A stretch of DNA of 64,000 nucleotides, filler included. It is 19 parts of 19 records of this genome, joined end to end, with 100 filler letters (N's around TTAATTAATTAA, not from the genome) between each part and the next. Parts side by side here need not be neighbours in the genome. Positions count along the whole stretch, not along the records: positions 7,900 to 11,550 come from SRR16133337_90454; positions 11,651 to 13,814 come from SRR16133337_90525; positions 13,915 to 16,024 come from SRR16133337_90545; positions 16,125 to 22,463 come from SRR16133337_90558; 15 more parts are not named here. One strand, given 5' to 3'. This document shows, piece by piece, positions 9,062 to 20,321 of this stretch (the stretch's first letter is position 1; each line of letters opens with the position of its first letter). The position numbers and the translations under genes were made by a program. Below the pieces are notes generated by a model that saw only the letters and a program-made list of their open reading frames with translations, ran no database searches and was not told where the DNA came from.

Positions 9062-11550
9062 ATCAAACAAATTAGAAAAATACTCTCCAAGATTTTAGCA
9101 ATCCTTTTGCTATTGCTATTGATACTCGGCTTTGTGTTTTCGATGCCCAGTACACAAACCAAGTTGGGTGCTTTTGCCACAAATTATCTTCAAGAAAAAT
9201 ACGATGTTTTTATTGCCGTCGATAAAATAGATCTTTCTTATTTAGGACAAATTCAACTAAAAGGAGTGCTGATTAAAGATCATCATAAGGATACTTTGAT
9301 AGCCGTTTCAAAATTACAAGGCTCCTTGTCAAGTCTAAAAGGAATTCTTAAAAATAAAGTCAATTTAGGAACGGTTTCTTTATATGATGGCGTTTTTAAT
9401 TTAAAAACCTATGCGGGTGAAAAGAAAAGCAATCTCACTGTTTTTTCAAAAAAATTTCAAAAAAAGCCAAATTCTAAAAAAAGACCCTTTTACTTAGAAA
9501 CCTCTAAAATTAAGATCTATGGAATTGATTTTGAAATTCTAAACTTGAATAAACAAAAGGATTCCTTAAGAGCTTCTTATAAAAAAATTAGAGGAAAACT
9601 GCTTGATTTTTCTTTAAAAGGTTCCAACGTTTACGCAAAGCTAAGAAAGGTACAGTTTGTAGAGCATCACGATTTAAAAATTAGAAATCTTACCACAGAT
9701 TTCTCCTATACAACTTCACAAATGCAGTTTTTAAAAACGCATTTACAAACAGAATTATCGGCTTTGCAATCCGATATTGTATTGGATTACGAAGGGAAAG
9801 ATTTAAAAGATTTTAACAATAAAGTTCAAGTGAAAGCCGCTTTTGTAGATTCTCATGTATCTCTGATCGATTTAAAAAAGTTATACAAAGAATTTGGAAG
9901 CGATGATGTATGGCATTTTGAAACCCTTTTTAAAGGAACTTTAAACGACTTTAAATTAACACCTTTGAACTTGTATTCTGACCAAAAGTTGGAAGTAAAA
10001 GGAAATTACCATTTAAAAAACAGCAGCAAAGGGGGAGATGAATTTTCAATAAATGGGATCACGGATAAAATGACATCCAATTACAAACAACTCAAAAATA
10101 TGTTGCCAAATTTATTAGGAAAGAACTTGCCTACAAAAGTCGAAAAATTAGGAAATTTTTCCATAGAAGGAACAAGTTTAATTACCAATAAACGAATAGA
10201 TGCCCATATGGTACTGCATTCCAATATTGGAGAAATAAGCGCTGATTTTATATTGACAAATATGGATACCCTAGAAGAACTTACCTACAAAGGGCATCTT
10301 AAAATTACGAATTTTAAATTAGGAGAAATCGTACAAGACCCTTTATTAGGAAAGATTTCTTTGGAGGGAGATCTGAAAGGAAAAGGAGCTACAATGGATC
10401 GCATCAATGTTTCCATGAAAGGGAGCATCACAAAACACCAATACAAAGGATATACCTACCGAAATATAGAAGTAAACGGACTTTTTAAGAACAAACTTTT
10501 TAACGGAGATCTTCGCATAGACGATAAAAATATAAAATTAGATTTTAAAGGTTTGGCAGATTTTTCTTCTGCAGTACATAAATTTGATTTTAAAGCACAA
10601 GTAGATTTTGCAAATTTTAACAAACTACACCTTTTTACACGGGATAGTATTTCGGTCTTAAAAGGGATGATTGTGATGGATTTTGAAGGAAATACCCTTG
10701 ACGATATCAAAGGAAAAGCAACATTTACAAATGCGAGTTATACCAATCAAAAAGAAAGGTATGCGTTTAAAAACTTTAAGATTGAGTCTACCTTGTCAGA
10801 GGGAATTAAAACGATAAAAGTAGCCTCCAAAGATATCATTAACGGGGAAATAAAAGGGGTTTTTAAGCTCACAGAAATAGGAAATTTGGTACGAAATTCC
10901 TTAGGAAGTATGTCGGCAAATTACAATCCCTTAAAAGTAGCAGAAAAACAATTTTTTGAATTTGATTTTCAGATTTACAATCAAATCATAGAAGTTTTTT
11001 TACCACAAGTTCGCTTGGCGCCCAACACCCTATTAAAAGGAAAAGTAAGGGATGAAAATAACGAAATTAAACTGTCGTTAAAAGCACCAAAATTAGGAGT
11101 CTATCAAACAATTTTAGATAGTATTCATTTACAAATTGACAATAAAAACCCCGTATTAAATACAAATTTCACCATAAAGAAAATTCAATTCCCAAAATAT
11201 TCTTTACAAAATTTAACTCTTTTTAATAAAACACAGAAGGACACCTTGTTTTTTAGATCCAATTTTACAGGAGGCAAAGAAAACAAAGAACAATTTGGCT
11301 TGTTCTTTTATTATACATTTGATACAGACAACAATTCTGTAATAGGAATTCAAAAATCTAAAATACATTTTAAAGACAAAGATTGGTATCTAAATCCAAA
11401 GAATGACAAAAAAAATAAATTGGTTTTTGATTTAAAAAAACAATTATATTCTTTTGAAAAGTTCAAACTTTCTTCCGAAGATCAGGAGATGCAGTTTGAA
11501 GGAGTTCTAAAAGATTCCACTTTTAAAGACTTCAAAGTAAATTTTGAGAA
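9062..11550 (+). CDS. tamB: Translocation and assembly module TamB-like protein (3' truncated at contig end; start uncertain)
   Basis: N-terminal TM anchor followed by ...PSTQTKLG...VLIKDHHKDTLI and a long amphipathic beta-rich body; divergent from tsaD as is usual in Bacteroidetes. The C-terminal DUF490 domain is not visible. Confidence 0.75.
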
Positions 11551-11650
11551 NNNNNNNNNNNNNNNNNNNNNNNNNNNNNNNNNNNNNNNNNNNNTTAATT
11601 AATTAANNNNNNNNNNNNNNNNNNNNNNNNNNNNNNNNNNNNNNNNNNNN

Positions 11651-13814
11651 CCCCAACAATTGGAAATTAGAAGCATCAAATGTTCAACCACTAATTTCTG
11701 ATGTGACAAAACAGAAAATTGAAGAAGCTCTCGAAAAAAAACAAGACGATAAACACAAACAACCCCGACCATTTTTTGCTCGTAGCAACGGGTCAAGTTC
11801 ACGTAAAAAAAGAAAAGGTGTGTTTAAAAGGCCACATTTTCCTTTCGAATTCCCATTACAGTTATTTTTAACTCTCCCTTTTGAAGTTAGACGCTTGGCT
11901 CTTGAGACACTTCCGGTCCAATTTTTCAAAAAAAATGAAATTTCGAGGAATTCATTCTGCGATGAAAATGTACTGAAAAACATCATACGCAATGGTCAAA
12001 AAGTTTTTGTGTTTGAACAGCCTCGCCAGCCATCATCACAATACCCAAACCTCCTGCGCCCATGGGCAGAGAACGCACCAAATTTCGCCACCGAATCAAA
12101 TTTGGTGAAAGGTATATTATGCGAGGGGTTTAACATTTTTTTATGGTTCAAATCATCCCCTCCAGTCCAGAGCACACATGAGCAACAGAGATTAAAGCAC
12201 TTACAAAATAAAACCCTGCAACACACACCTGAATTGCAGGACATTCTCTCTCAATGGGAATACGAGGGTAGAATACAAAAATTTGAAGGCGATCCGCGTT
12301 CGTGTTTTTTCCACCATGTTTTTTGTGTCCCTAAAAAAAATGGTTCACTTCGGCCTGTATCGAACTTGAGCCAACTAAATGAGTTTATCAGGGATCAAAC
12401 TTTTTACATGACAGGAGCAAACCAAATCGCCCAAGTCATGACTCCAAATTGTTTATTTTCTGGTGAGGATTTGCAAAACGCTTATCACCACATACGTTTG
12501 AATGAAAAATCTCGCAAATATTTCGCATTTTGGTTAAACAATGAAACATTCGTTTTTAATGTCCTTCAATTTGGTTTTAAACCAGCGGGTTTCTTATATA
12601 CAAAGATTGCTGAGGCACCCACAAAACATGTTCGCATGGCAAATATTTGCAGAATCTTATATTTGGATGACGGCACAACCATCACACGTGCCGGAAAAAA
12701 TGGGTTTTTACATGCTTTTCAAGCCCAATATTTTGTGAATTTGTTGTGGGCGGCACTGGGTTTCAAGCGAAATGTTAAAAAGTCGACCCCAACACCTTCA
12801 TATGAGATTGAAACATTGGGGTACATATTCAATTCTATTACCATGTCATGTAAAATTTCACATGATAAAATCTCCAAAATTCTTGCCAAAGCTCGAAACA
12901 CAGTTAAAAAATTCAGAAAATTCGGTTTTGTGACATTTCGGGAAGTTTTGGAAGTATACGGCAAATTTACTTCAAATGCGTTGGCAATAAAAAATATGCG
13001 CTTTCACTCCGCACATACTGATTTTTTTCGCCGGCAAGTTCTTTCCTCACAAGATTTTTCAGATTACGATGAGGAGGTGATTTTACCAGAGCAGGTCATT
13101 TCTGAGTGGTGTTCATGGGCGGCGTATTTATTAACATGGAACGAGAAATCCGTGGTTTTTCATGCTCCTGATTTCACAATACACATCGATGCCTCTGGTA
13201 AAAGTGGTTGGGGATTCACTGTCGTGGCCCAAAAATATCGAGTGGCTCATGTCCTTTCCCAAGGCAAATGGTCTGACAATTTGTTGGACCTCCACAACAA
13301 CGAAAAAGAGGTACTTGCCACAGAATTTTCGATTTTCGCTTTCATCCAATCGAACAATCTTTCCGAATGTTCGTTACACGTAGGGATTGACAATTCAACG
13401 GCTCTTTCCTATTTCCAAAACCAAGGCGGTCGGTTTATGCATCTGTTACGCCCAGTTTTGCGTGTATTTTCGTTTGCCGAGCATCATAAGATTTCACTAT
13501 CATTTTTTTATGTTCATACAAGTGAAAACAAAGCGGATATTTTATCTCGAAAATTTGATTCTCATGAGACGTGGCAGCTTTCACAAAACGTTTTTGACAC
13601 AATATGTGAAAAATTTGGTTTGCCATATGTTGACGCTTTTGCATCTTTGGCGGACACGAAATTAAAAATTTTCATTTCCCGAAATCCTCAGCCAGGCGCA
13701 TTATATATCGATATTTTTCGTAAAGATAAAAAATGGAAGGATTTAAAGTCCATGTACATGTACCCACCCTTCATTTTACTGGACAGGATTGCTCATAGAC
13801 TGGAGTGGGACTGC
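11651..13814 (+). mobile_element. DIRS1-like (tyrosine-recombinase class) retrotransposon pol fragment: RT, RNase H and methyltransferase-like domain; eukaryotic
   Basis: Frame open across the whole contig from 11652. RT: VPKKNGSLRPVSNLSQLN, DLQNAYHHI, LQFG, YLDD. RNase H: IDASGKSGWG, HNNEKE, IDNSTALSY, NKADILSR. MT-like tail: WQL...VDAFAS...YMYPPF. Confidence 0.85.
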
Positions 13815-14917
13815 NNNNNNNNNNNNNNNNNNNNNNNNNNNNNNNNNNNNNNNNNNNNTTAATTAATTAANNNNNNNNNNNNNNNNNNNNNNNNNNNNNN
13901 NNNNNNNNNNNNNNCTATTGAAAAAAAAAAGAATGGAAATTCAAATTGTGATGAGAAATCCACAATTGTAACAAAACTTTGAGCTGAAACCATCACAAAA
14001 AAATGCTGTTAAGAAAACTTAGGGGTTTCACGTATTCCGAAGCAGTTTTTGGTTCTTCCATTGTTGCATAAATGTGTTGAATACAAAAACTAATTTTTTT
14101 CCTAAGCTACACGAAAATTAAGAACATTTGCTTCGTTTTCGAGGTCCCATCGTGCCAACCAGAGCAACCATATATTATTGAAAACTTCCAAACCAACACA
14201 CTGTAACGTTCTGTCCCCATCCCTTCACCCCGAACTTATTGAATTCATTGAATTAATTCAATGGGTTCCGTTCCATAAATTCAATGAATTCAATACCTTC
14301 AAAGGATTCAATGAAATCAACTGATTCAATAATTTGAATAAATTAAATGATAATTATGTGCGTATATGATTTCATTATGCATTTCATTTTACTTTTAATC
14401 TTTTGAAAACGAATAAAACTTCACAACCAATTACTCTTTCTTAAAACTACTTTATTTCCTGAAAAAGGCGTGATGTTATACTTTCTTCCCTCATTTTTGC
14501 ACCAACACATTTTCAGCAAAATTTCAAGTTCTCTATCTCGTTGAACATATATTCCTATGCATTTAGGCATGTGCACGTCCTTACATTTTCCATGAGATTA
14601 ATTTCTTAGGACATTCATTACAATCCTTCTGCTTCACGTAATCCACAATAACCGTCATTGACAAATGGGGTCAATAAGAGGTGGGTTTTGTCACCTCAAT
14701 GCTATTGTGTTACACTAAATTCCAATTTCATTAAATCTCGGTTTCACGAAATTTTGCTACGCTACACCTTTGGAATTAAAGCTCTGGTAAAAAAACACGC
14801 AAAAGCAATAAATCTCTAAATTTTGAATTTTATTCCCTCCACACAGCACCGCACCCACACGCCTTCCCACACAAAACAATGAAGACTATTTGAAAACAAT
14901 CTAGCCCTTCAACTTAC

Positions 14918-15234
14918 ACTTCATTCTTCGAATATATTGGCCCTATTAGTGCAAAGTCTCGTCCATGAGAATCTTCCGATTTAACTTTCGGTTGGTCACC
15001 ATTGCTCTTCTCATTTTGTGGGGTGACCTGTCCGATGGTGCCAAGTTTTGCATTTTTTTCCCACAAATGTAAATCATTTGCGAGATGGTCCTGGCGATCT
15101 CGCAAAAAACTTTCACGTTTTTTGAGATGATGAATTGTGTCTTCTAAAATATGAAATTTTCCCTCACATATATCGATTAAATCGGTCGAATTTGCATACT
15201 CGCGGAAAGCATTGTCTTTTACGAGAGTCAGAAT
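14918..15234 (-). CDS. Probable eukaryotic internal exon, unknown protein
   Basis: Polypyrimidine tttcag| acceptor and |gtaagt donor flank an open 317-nt frame (ILTLVKDNAFREY...YSKNE). Confidence 0.4.
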
Positions 15235-16264
15235 CTGAAAGAAAAAAACAAAAACAATTATAAATTATAAAACTTGCATAAGATTTAGAATAATCTTATG
15301 TGACAAACGTTTGCCAACGAAAAAGAAGTGTGTGCTGCGTTTTTTCGAGTCGTAACATCCATCGACTTCCCTAACTTCAGTACAAACCTCGGAAATGTGA
15401 GGAACGTGAAAAGTAGGTGTGTAGGGGTGGTGTGATGGTGTAGAGGGATCGAGTTTCTCAGTATTTGAAAAATTTTGTTGCGAGGATTTGGAGTAAGGAT
15501 GGAAACGATTAATCGATGTTCATTATTTTTTTAATCGATTTTCTCAATTATTATTTAATAGGAAATTATTCGATTTTTTTTCACATTGAAATTTCATATT
15601 ATTTGTTTCAAATTATAGACAAAAATGACTCTCTAGTATGGAAAACTTCAAAACATATTTTTTTATGACAGCGGTAACGTTACTACAGCAAATTTGGAGC
15701 TTTCACTCCAACAAAAATTATGAAAACCGATTAACTGTTTCCATCCCTGAGACACTTTCACGTCTTCAAAAACTGAAAAAAAAATGACAATCATTCAAAA
15801 CATGAAGAAACACCCTATAAAGCCATTCGTCGTTATGGTGGTGTGAAATGTTGAGGTATTCAATAGGAAAAATAAATAAACGTGAGGGTTTGCAAAAAGA
15901 TCTGTATTTTAAAAGTGTATTTTATTTCCATTGTCAAAAAAATGAGTTCAGGTGGAGTGTGGGTGTGGTGGTGGGTGCAGGTTCTTACTCCGTTAGTCGC
16001 TGTATTTGGGAATTTTCTTTTTGGNNNNNNNNNNNNNNNNNNNNNNNNNNNNNNNNNNNNNNNNNNNNTTAATTAATTAANNNNNNNNNNNNNNNNNNNN
16101 NNNNNNNNNNNNNNNNNNNNNNNNAAAGAATAGACTGCAAGACTGCATGACAACTAGACAGATAGCCAAAAGCCTATTTGCTTACTAGCCAGAAAAAAAA
16201 GACAGCCCTAAAAATTCGGAAAGCGAGTTGGATGCCGTATATAAAAGATAAAACAAGAATAATT

Positions 16265-16969
16265 ATGAAAAAATCAGGTTACTTTTCAGTTGAGGATAAT
16301 AAAATGATGACTTATGAAATTGCTCAAGGAAAAATATTCAAAAGAAAACATTTTTGGGATTTTATGAAATTGGGATGGTGGAGTAGAATTTTTGAGTATC
16401 AGTTTTTAAAAGAGGTTGTCAATGAACTTAACAAAACGAAACCTAGATTAAATATCTTAGATGTAGCTACTGGACGACGTCATCCAGGAAGTTTTATTTT
16501 GGAAAATGAGAAGAATATTGTTGATGCTATAGACCTTCTTAGAAAACCTAAGATTTTTAAGAAATTTAATAAATATAATATTAATTACTTCAAAGATAAT
16601 ATGGTAGATACCAAAATTAACAAGAAATATGATTTGGTTGTTTGTATCTCTACTTTAGAACATGTTCCAAAAGAAGAACAAAAACTTTTTCTAGAGAACA
16701 TGATCCATTTAACAAAAGAAAAAGGGATTATCGTTTTAACTTTTGATGTTCCAGGATTTGAAGAGTTGACAGACCTTGAAATGTATAAACAAACTTTGAT
16801 TGATCATAATTGTGTTTTTGAAGAAGAAGATATTCCAGATGATAAAATATTAACAAGTCTTAATGGTGTGGTAAAAAAAGATTTCTTTAAAGAGGGTCTT
16901 ATTAAAAAAAATATTCCACTTAAAGTTTATAAAATGTATATAAAAAAAGGATCTAAAAGAGATGTTTAA
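16265..16969 (+). CDS. Class I SAM-dependent methyltransferase in a surface-glycan locus
   Basis: Motif I ILDVATG, acidic DAID, and YDLVVCISTLEHV; start at ATG 16265 (MKKSGY); overlaps the wecB start. Confidence 0.8.
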   Translation: MKKSGYFSVEDNKMMTYEIAQGKIFKRKHFWDFMKLGWWSRIFEYQFLKEVVNELNKTKPRLNILDVATGRRHPGSFILENEKNIVDAIDLLRKPKIFKKFNKYNINYFKDNMVDTKINKKYDLVVCISTLEHVPKEEQKLFLENMIHLTKEKGIIVLTFDVPGFEELTDLEMYKQTLIDHNCVFEEEDIPDDKILTSLNGVVKKDFFKEGLIKKNIPLKVYKMYIKKGSKRDV

Positions 16970-18074
16970 AAAAAAAATACTCCTTGTATTTGGGACAAGA
17001 CCTGAAGCGATAAAGATGGCTCCTGTGGTAAAAGCATTCAAAAAGAATCCTAAATTAAGGACTAAAGTTTGTGTAACGGCACAACATAGAGAAATGTTAG
17101 ATCAAGTATTAAATTTCTTTAACATAAAGCCTGATTATGACTTAGATTTAATGAAATCCAATCAATCTTTAAACCAATTAAGTAGCCATATTTTATCCAG
17201 TATTCATCCTATTTTAGAGAGTTTTAATCCTGATATGGTATTCGTTCATGGTGATACAACAACAAGTAGTATGGTTGCCTTAGCGGCTTTTCACAATCAA
17301 ATTAAAATAGGACATATAGAGGCGGGTTTGCGAACCTATCATAAATCAGCCCCTTTTCCAGAAGAAATAAATCGGCAATTAATAGGTAGAATTGCGGACT
17401 ATCATTTTGCACCTACTAAAAAAGCAGCAGACAATTTAATTTTAAATGAAAAAGTGGATTCAAAGAATGTCTTTATTACAGGGAATACTGTTATTGACGC
17501 TTTATTATGGGGGCTAAAAAATATCAATGAAAAACGAAAAGAAATCTTAGATTTAAAACAAAAAATAAAAGCTCACAAAAAGATTTTATTGGTGACAGGA
17601 CATCGTAGAGAAAATTTTGGCGATAAGTTTAAAAGTTTTTGCAAAGCATTATTAGAAATTTCAAAAAGAGAGGATGTTCAAATAATTTATCCCGTACATT
17701 TAAACCCCCATGTGCAAAATACCGTTTATGATTTGTTAGCTGATAAAAAAAATATCTTGTTAATTCCTCCTTTAGATTATGAAGTTTTTATTTGGTTGAT
17801 GAATCAATCCTATTTTATAATTACGGATAGTGGTGGGGTTCAAGAAGAAGCCCCTTCATTAAAGAAGCCTGTTCTGGTAACAAGAGAAGTTACAGAACGG
17901 GAAGAAGCAATAGAAAAAGGTTTCGCAAAATTAGTTGGAACAAATAAAATAGAAAGAGAAGTAAGTTTGTTATTAAATGATAAAAAGTATTATCATAATA
18001 TGATTTCTAATAAAAATCCTTATGGAGATGGGAAAGCGTCAAATAAAATAAATTCAATTATTGAAAATTTATGA
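16962..18074 (+). CDS. wecB: UDP-N-acetylglucosamine 2-epimerase (non-hydrolysing)
   Basis: FGTRPEAIKMAP, TAQHREML, VHGDTTT, HIEAGLRT, PFPEEINR, TGHRREN, TDSGGVQEEAPSL, NPYGDG. Confidence 0.96.
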   Translation: MFKKKILLVFGTRPEAIKMAPVVKAFKKNPKLRTKVCVTAQHREMLDQVLNFFNIKPDYDLDLMKSNQSLNQLSSHILSSIHPILESFNPDMVFVHGDTTTSSMVALAAFHNQIKIGHIEAGLRTYHKSAPFPEEINRQLIGRIADYHFAPTKKAADNLILNEKVDSKNVFITGNTVIDALLWGLKNINEKRKEILDLKQKIKAHKKILLVTGHRRENFGDKFKSFCKALLEISKREDVQIIYPVHLNPHVQNTVYDLLADKKNILLIPPLDYEVFIWLMNQSYFIITDSGGVQEEAPSLKKPVLVTREVTEREEAIEKGFAKLVGTNKIEREVSLLLNDKKYYHNMISNKNPYGDGKASNKINSIIENL

Positions 18075-19303
18075 AAATATTAGTGCTAGCAGAATCTTTA
18101 AGGATTAATGAAACTTCTTCTGGAATTGTATCTTCCACTTTTTTACAAGCATTAAGTAATGGTGGTCATGATATTACATGTCTTTATACAAAATCATTTC
18201 CATATAATTTATCATGGTTAAATACGATTAATTTTAAAACAATCGTTTATTCCAAATATCAAAAGCATAAAATCATTGACCAAATTCCTAAATTAAGAGG
18301 TTTAATAAGTACCATTAAAGGAATACATATACAAACTTTAAGGCAAATCCAAGATTGGATTTCATCAATAGAAAAGGAATTAAATACTCAAAAATTTGAC
18401 TTGATAATTGCTTTAGGATCTGGTTCCGAATTTGTTCCTCATTATGCAATGTTAAAGGTAAAAACGACAATTCCCTGGCTAGCAAATTTTCATGACCCAT
18501 ATCCGTTTAGTTTGTACCCAGAACCCTATAAACAGAAAAGAACTTTAATGCTTCTTCAACAAGAAAAGTTTACAAGATATATAATAAATAAAGCAACATA
18601 TATTTCTTTTCCTTCTTTAAAACTAAAAGATTGGATGTCTAATTTTTTTCCTAAAATAGAAAATAAAAATATTATTTTACCTCACTTAGGTCTCGAGCTA
18701 TTTAATTTACCAACAAGTCAAAACGACAGTAGTGTACAGTTAAACAAAGAGAAGTTTAATTTGCTACACGCAGGAACATTATTAGGATCTAGAAGGGTAG
18801 ATAATTTATTTAATGCCTTTAATAAATTTATCAATTCTGATCCTGAAATTAAAAAAAAAGCAGTATTGACAATTTTAGGTAAAGTTGCTAATGAAAATCT
18901 TTCTTTTATAGAACAAAATAAAAGGAATTCCAATTATAACATTATTAAAGAAAGGGTTAGTTATAAGAGAAGTTTAGAACTTACAAAACAAGCAGATGTT
19001 TCTTTAATAATAGAAGCTGATGCAGAGATAAGTCCTTTTATGCCAGGGAAATTAGCAGACTTAATTTATCAAGAAAAACCGATTTTGGCCTTAACACCTC
19101 TAAATTCTGAAACGTTGAGAATTTTAGGGAAAAACTATTTATTTTCTGCTCGGATTACTGATGAAGAAATGATTTATAATCAGTTATTGAATTTGTGGTA
19201 TCTTTGGAAAGAAAACCGATTAAAATTAAAGAATTCGGAAGAGTTAAAAGAATATGTTTCTTCTAATCAATTAAATAAGAAGCTAGAGCAACTGTTTAAA
19301 TAG
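18071..19303 (+). CDS. Glycosyltransferase (GT-B fold, GT4-like)
   Basis: Operon position; PWLANFHDPY, LLHAGTL, MPGKLADLI..KPILAL resemble Bacteroidetes polysaccharide glycosyltransferases. Confidence 0.7.
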   Translation: MKILVLAESLRINETSSGIVSSTFLQALSNGGHDITCLYTKSFPYNLSWLNTINFKTIVYSKYQKHKIIDQIPKLRGLISTIKGIHIQTLRQIQDWISSIEKELNTQKFDLIIALGSGSEFVPHYAMLKVKTTIPWLANFHDPYPFSLYPEPYKQKRTLMLLQQEKFTRYIINKATYISFPSLKLKDWMSNFFPKIENKNIILPHLGLELFNLPTSQNDSSVQLNKEKFNLLHAGTLLGSRRVDNLFNAFNKFINSDPEIKKKAVLTILGKVANENLSFIEQNKRNSNYNIIKERVSYKRSLELTKQADVSLIIEADAEISPFMPGKLADLIYQEKPILALTPLNSETLRILGKNYLFSARITDEEMIYNQLLNLWYLWKENRLKLKNSEELKEYVSSNQLNKKLEQLFK

Positions 19304-19311
19304 TTAAATTC

Positions 19312-20319
19312 ATGAAACAGGTTTTAACCATCGCAGAAATTGCACAAGCTCACGATGGAAGCATAGGAATGACACATGCCTATATAGAGGCCGTTGCAAA
19401 AATAGGCGTAGATGCCCTTAAATTTCAAACACATATAGCAGAAGCCGAAAGTAGTAAATATGAACCCTTTCGAGTACCTTTTTCCAAGCAAGATAAAACA
19501 CGTTTTGACTATTGGAAACGGATGGAGTTTAGCCTAGAGCAATGGAAAGAAATAAAACAACATTGTGATCAAGTAGGTTTAGAATTTATGAGCTCTCCAT
19601 TTAGCAACGCAGCGGTAGATTTATTAGAAGAAATTGGGGTAAAACGTTATAAAATTGGATCTGGAGAAGTAACTAATTTTTTATTATTAGAGAAAATAGC
19701 ACAAACCCATAAACCCGTAATTCTTTCTTCGGGGATGAGTTCTTTTAAAGAATTAGATGCAACCGTCCAGTTTTTAAAAGAAAGAAATGTAGACTATTCC
19801 CTATTACAATGCACAACATCCTATCCAACCACACCCCAACAATTCGGATTAAATGTAATTCAAGAATTAAAAGAAAGATACAAGGTACCTATAGGTTTTT
19901 CAGACCATTCTTCCTCCGTTGAAGCTTGTATTGCCGCCACGACTTTAGGAGCTGAAATTTTAGAGTTCCATGTCGTTTTTGATAAAGAAATGTTTGGTCC
20001 CGATGCAAAATCTTCTTTAACCCTCCAAGAAAGTACCCAATTAATTCAAGCAGTAAATAACATCCATATCGCTTTAAAGAATCCTATTGATAAAAATAAG
20101 AATACGGAGTTTTCGGAATTAAAACAAATTTTTGAAAAATCGTTAGCCGTTAACAAAAAATTACCAAAAGGGCATCTGTTAGAATTTTCTGATTTAGAAG
20201 CAAAAAAACCAAAAGGATATGGTATCTTAGCAAAAGAGTATAAAAAGGTCATCGGTAAAAAACTAAATAAAGAGTTAAACCCATGGGATTTTTTAAATTA
20301 TAAGGATCTTCTAAAATAA
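19312..20319 (+). CDS. neuB: N-acylneuraminate/nonulosonate synthase with C-terminal SAF domain
   Basis: IAEIAQAHDGS, DALKFQTH, KIGSGE, LSSGMS, QCTTSYPT, GFSDHS; SAF-like KSLAVNKKLPKG...KKPKGYGI. Confidence 0.93.
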   Translation: MKQVLTIAEIAQAHDGSIGMTHAYIEAVAKIGVDALKFQTHIAEAESSKYEPFRVPFSKQDKTRFDYWKRMEFSLEQWKEIKQHCDQVGLEFMSSPFSNAAVDLLEEIGVKRYKIGSGEVTNFLLLEKIAQTHKPVILSSGMSSFKELDATVQFLKERNVDYSLLQCTTSYPTTPQQFGLNVIQELKERYKVPIGFSDHSSSVEACIAATTLGAEILEFHVVFDKEMFGPDAKSSLTLQESTQLIQAVNNIHIALKNPIDKNKNTEFSELKQIFEKSLAVNKKLPKGHLLEFSDLEAKKPKGYGILAKEYKKVIGKKLNKELNPWDFLNYKDLLK

Positions 20320-20321
20320 TT

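Noticed and set aside
11651-13814. Reverse transcriptase as a bacterial retron, DGR, group II intron or defence RT next to tamB
   Set aside because: The motifs and the RNase H plus MT-like tail are DIRS-type, and adjacency to bacterial genes is only through artificial linkers.
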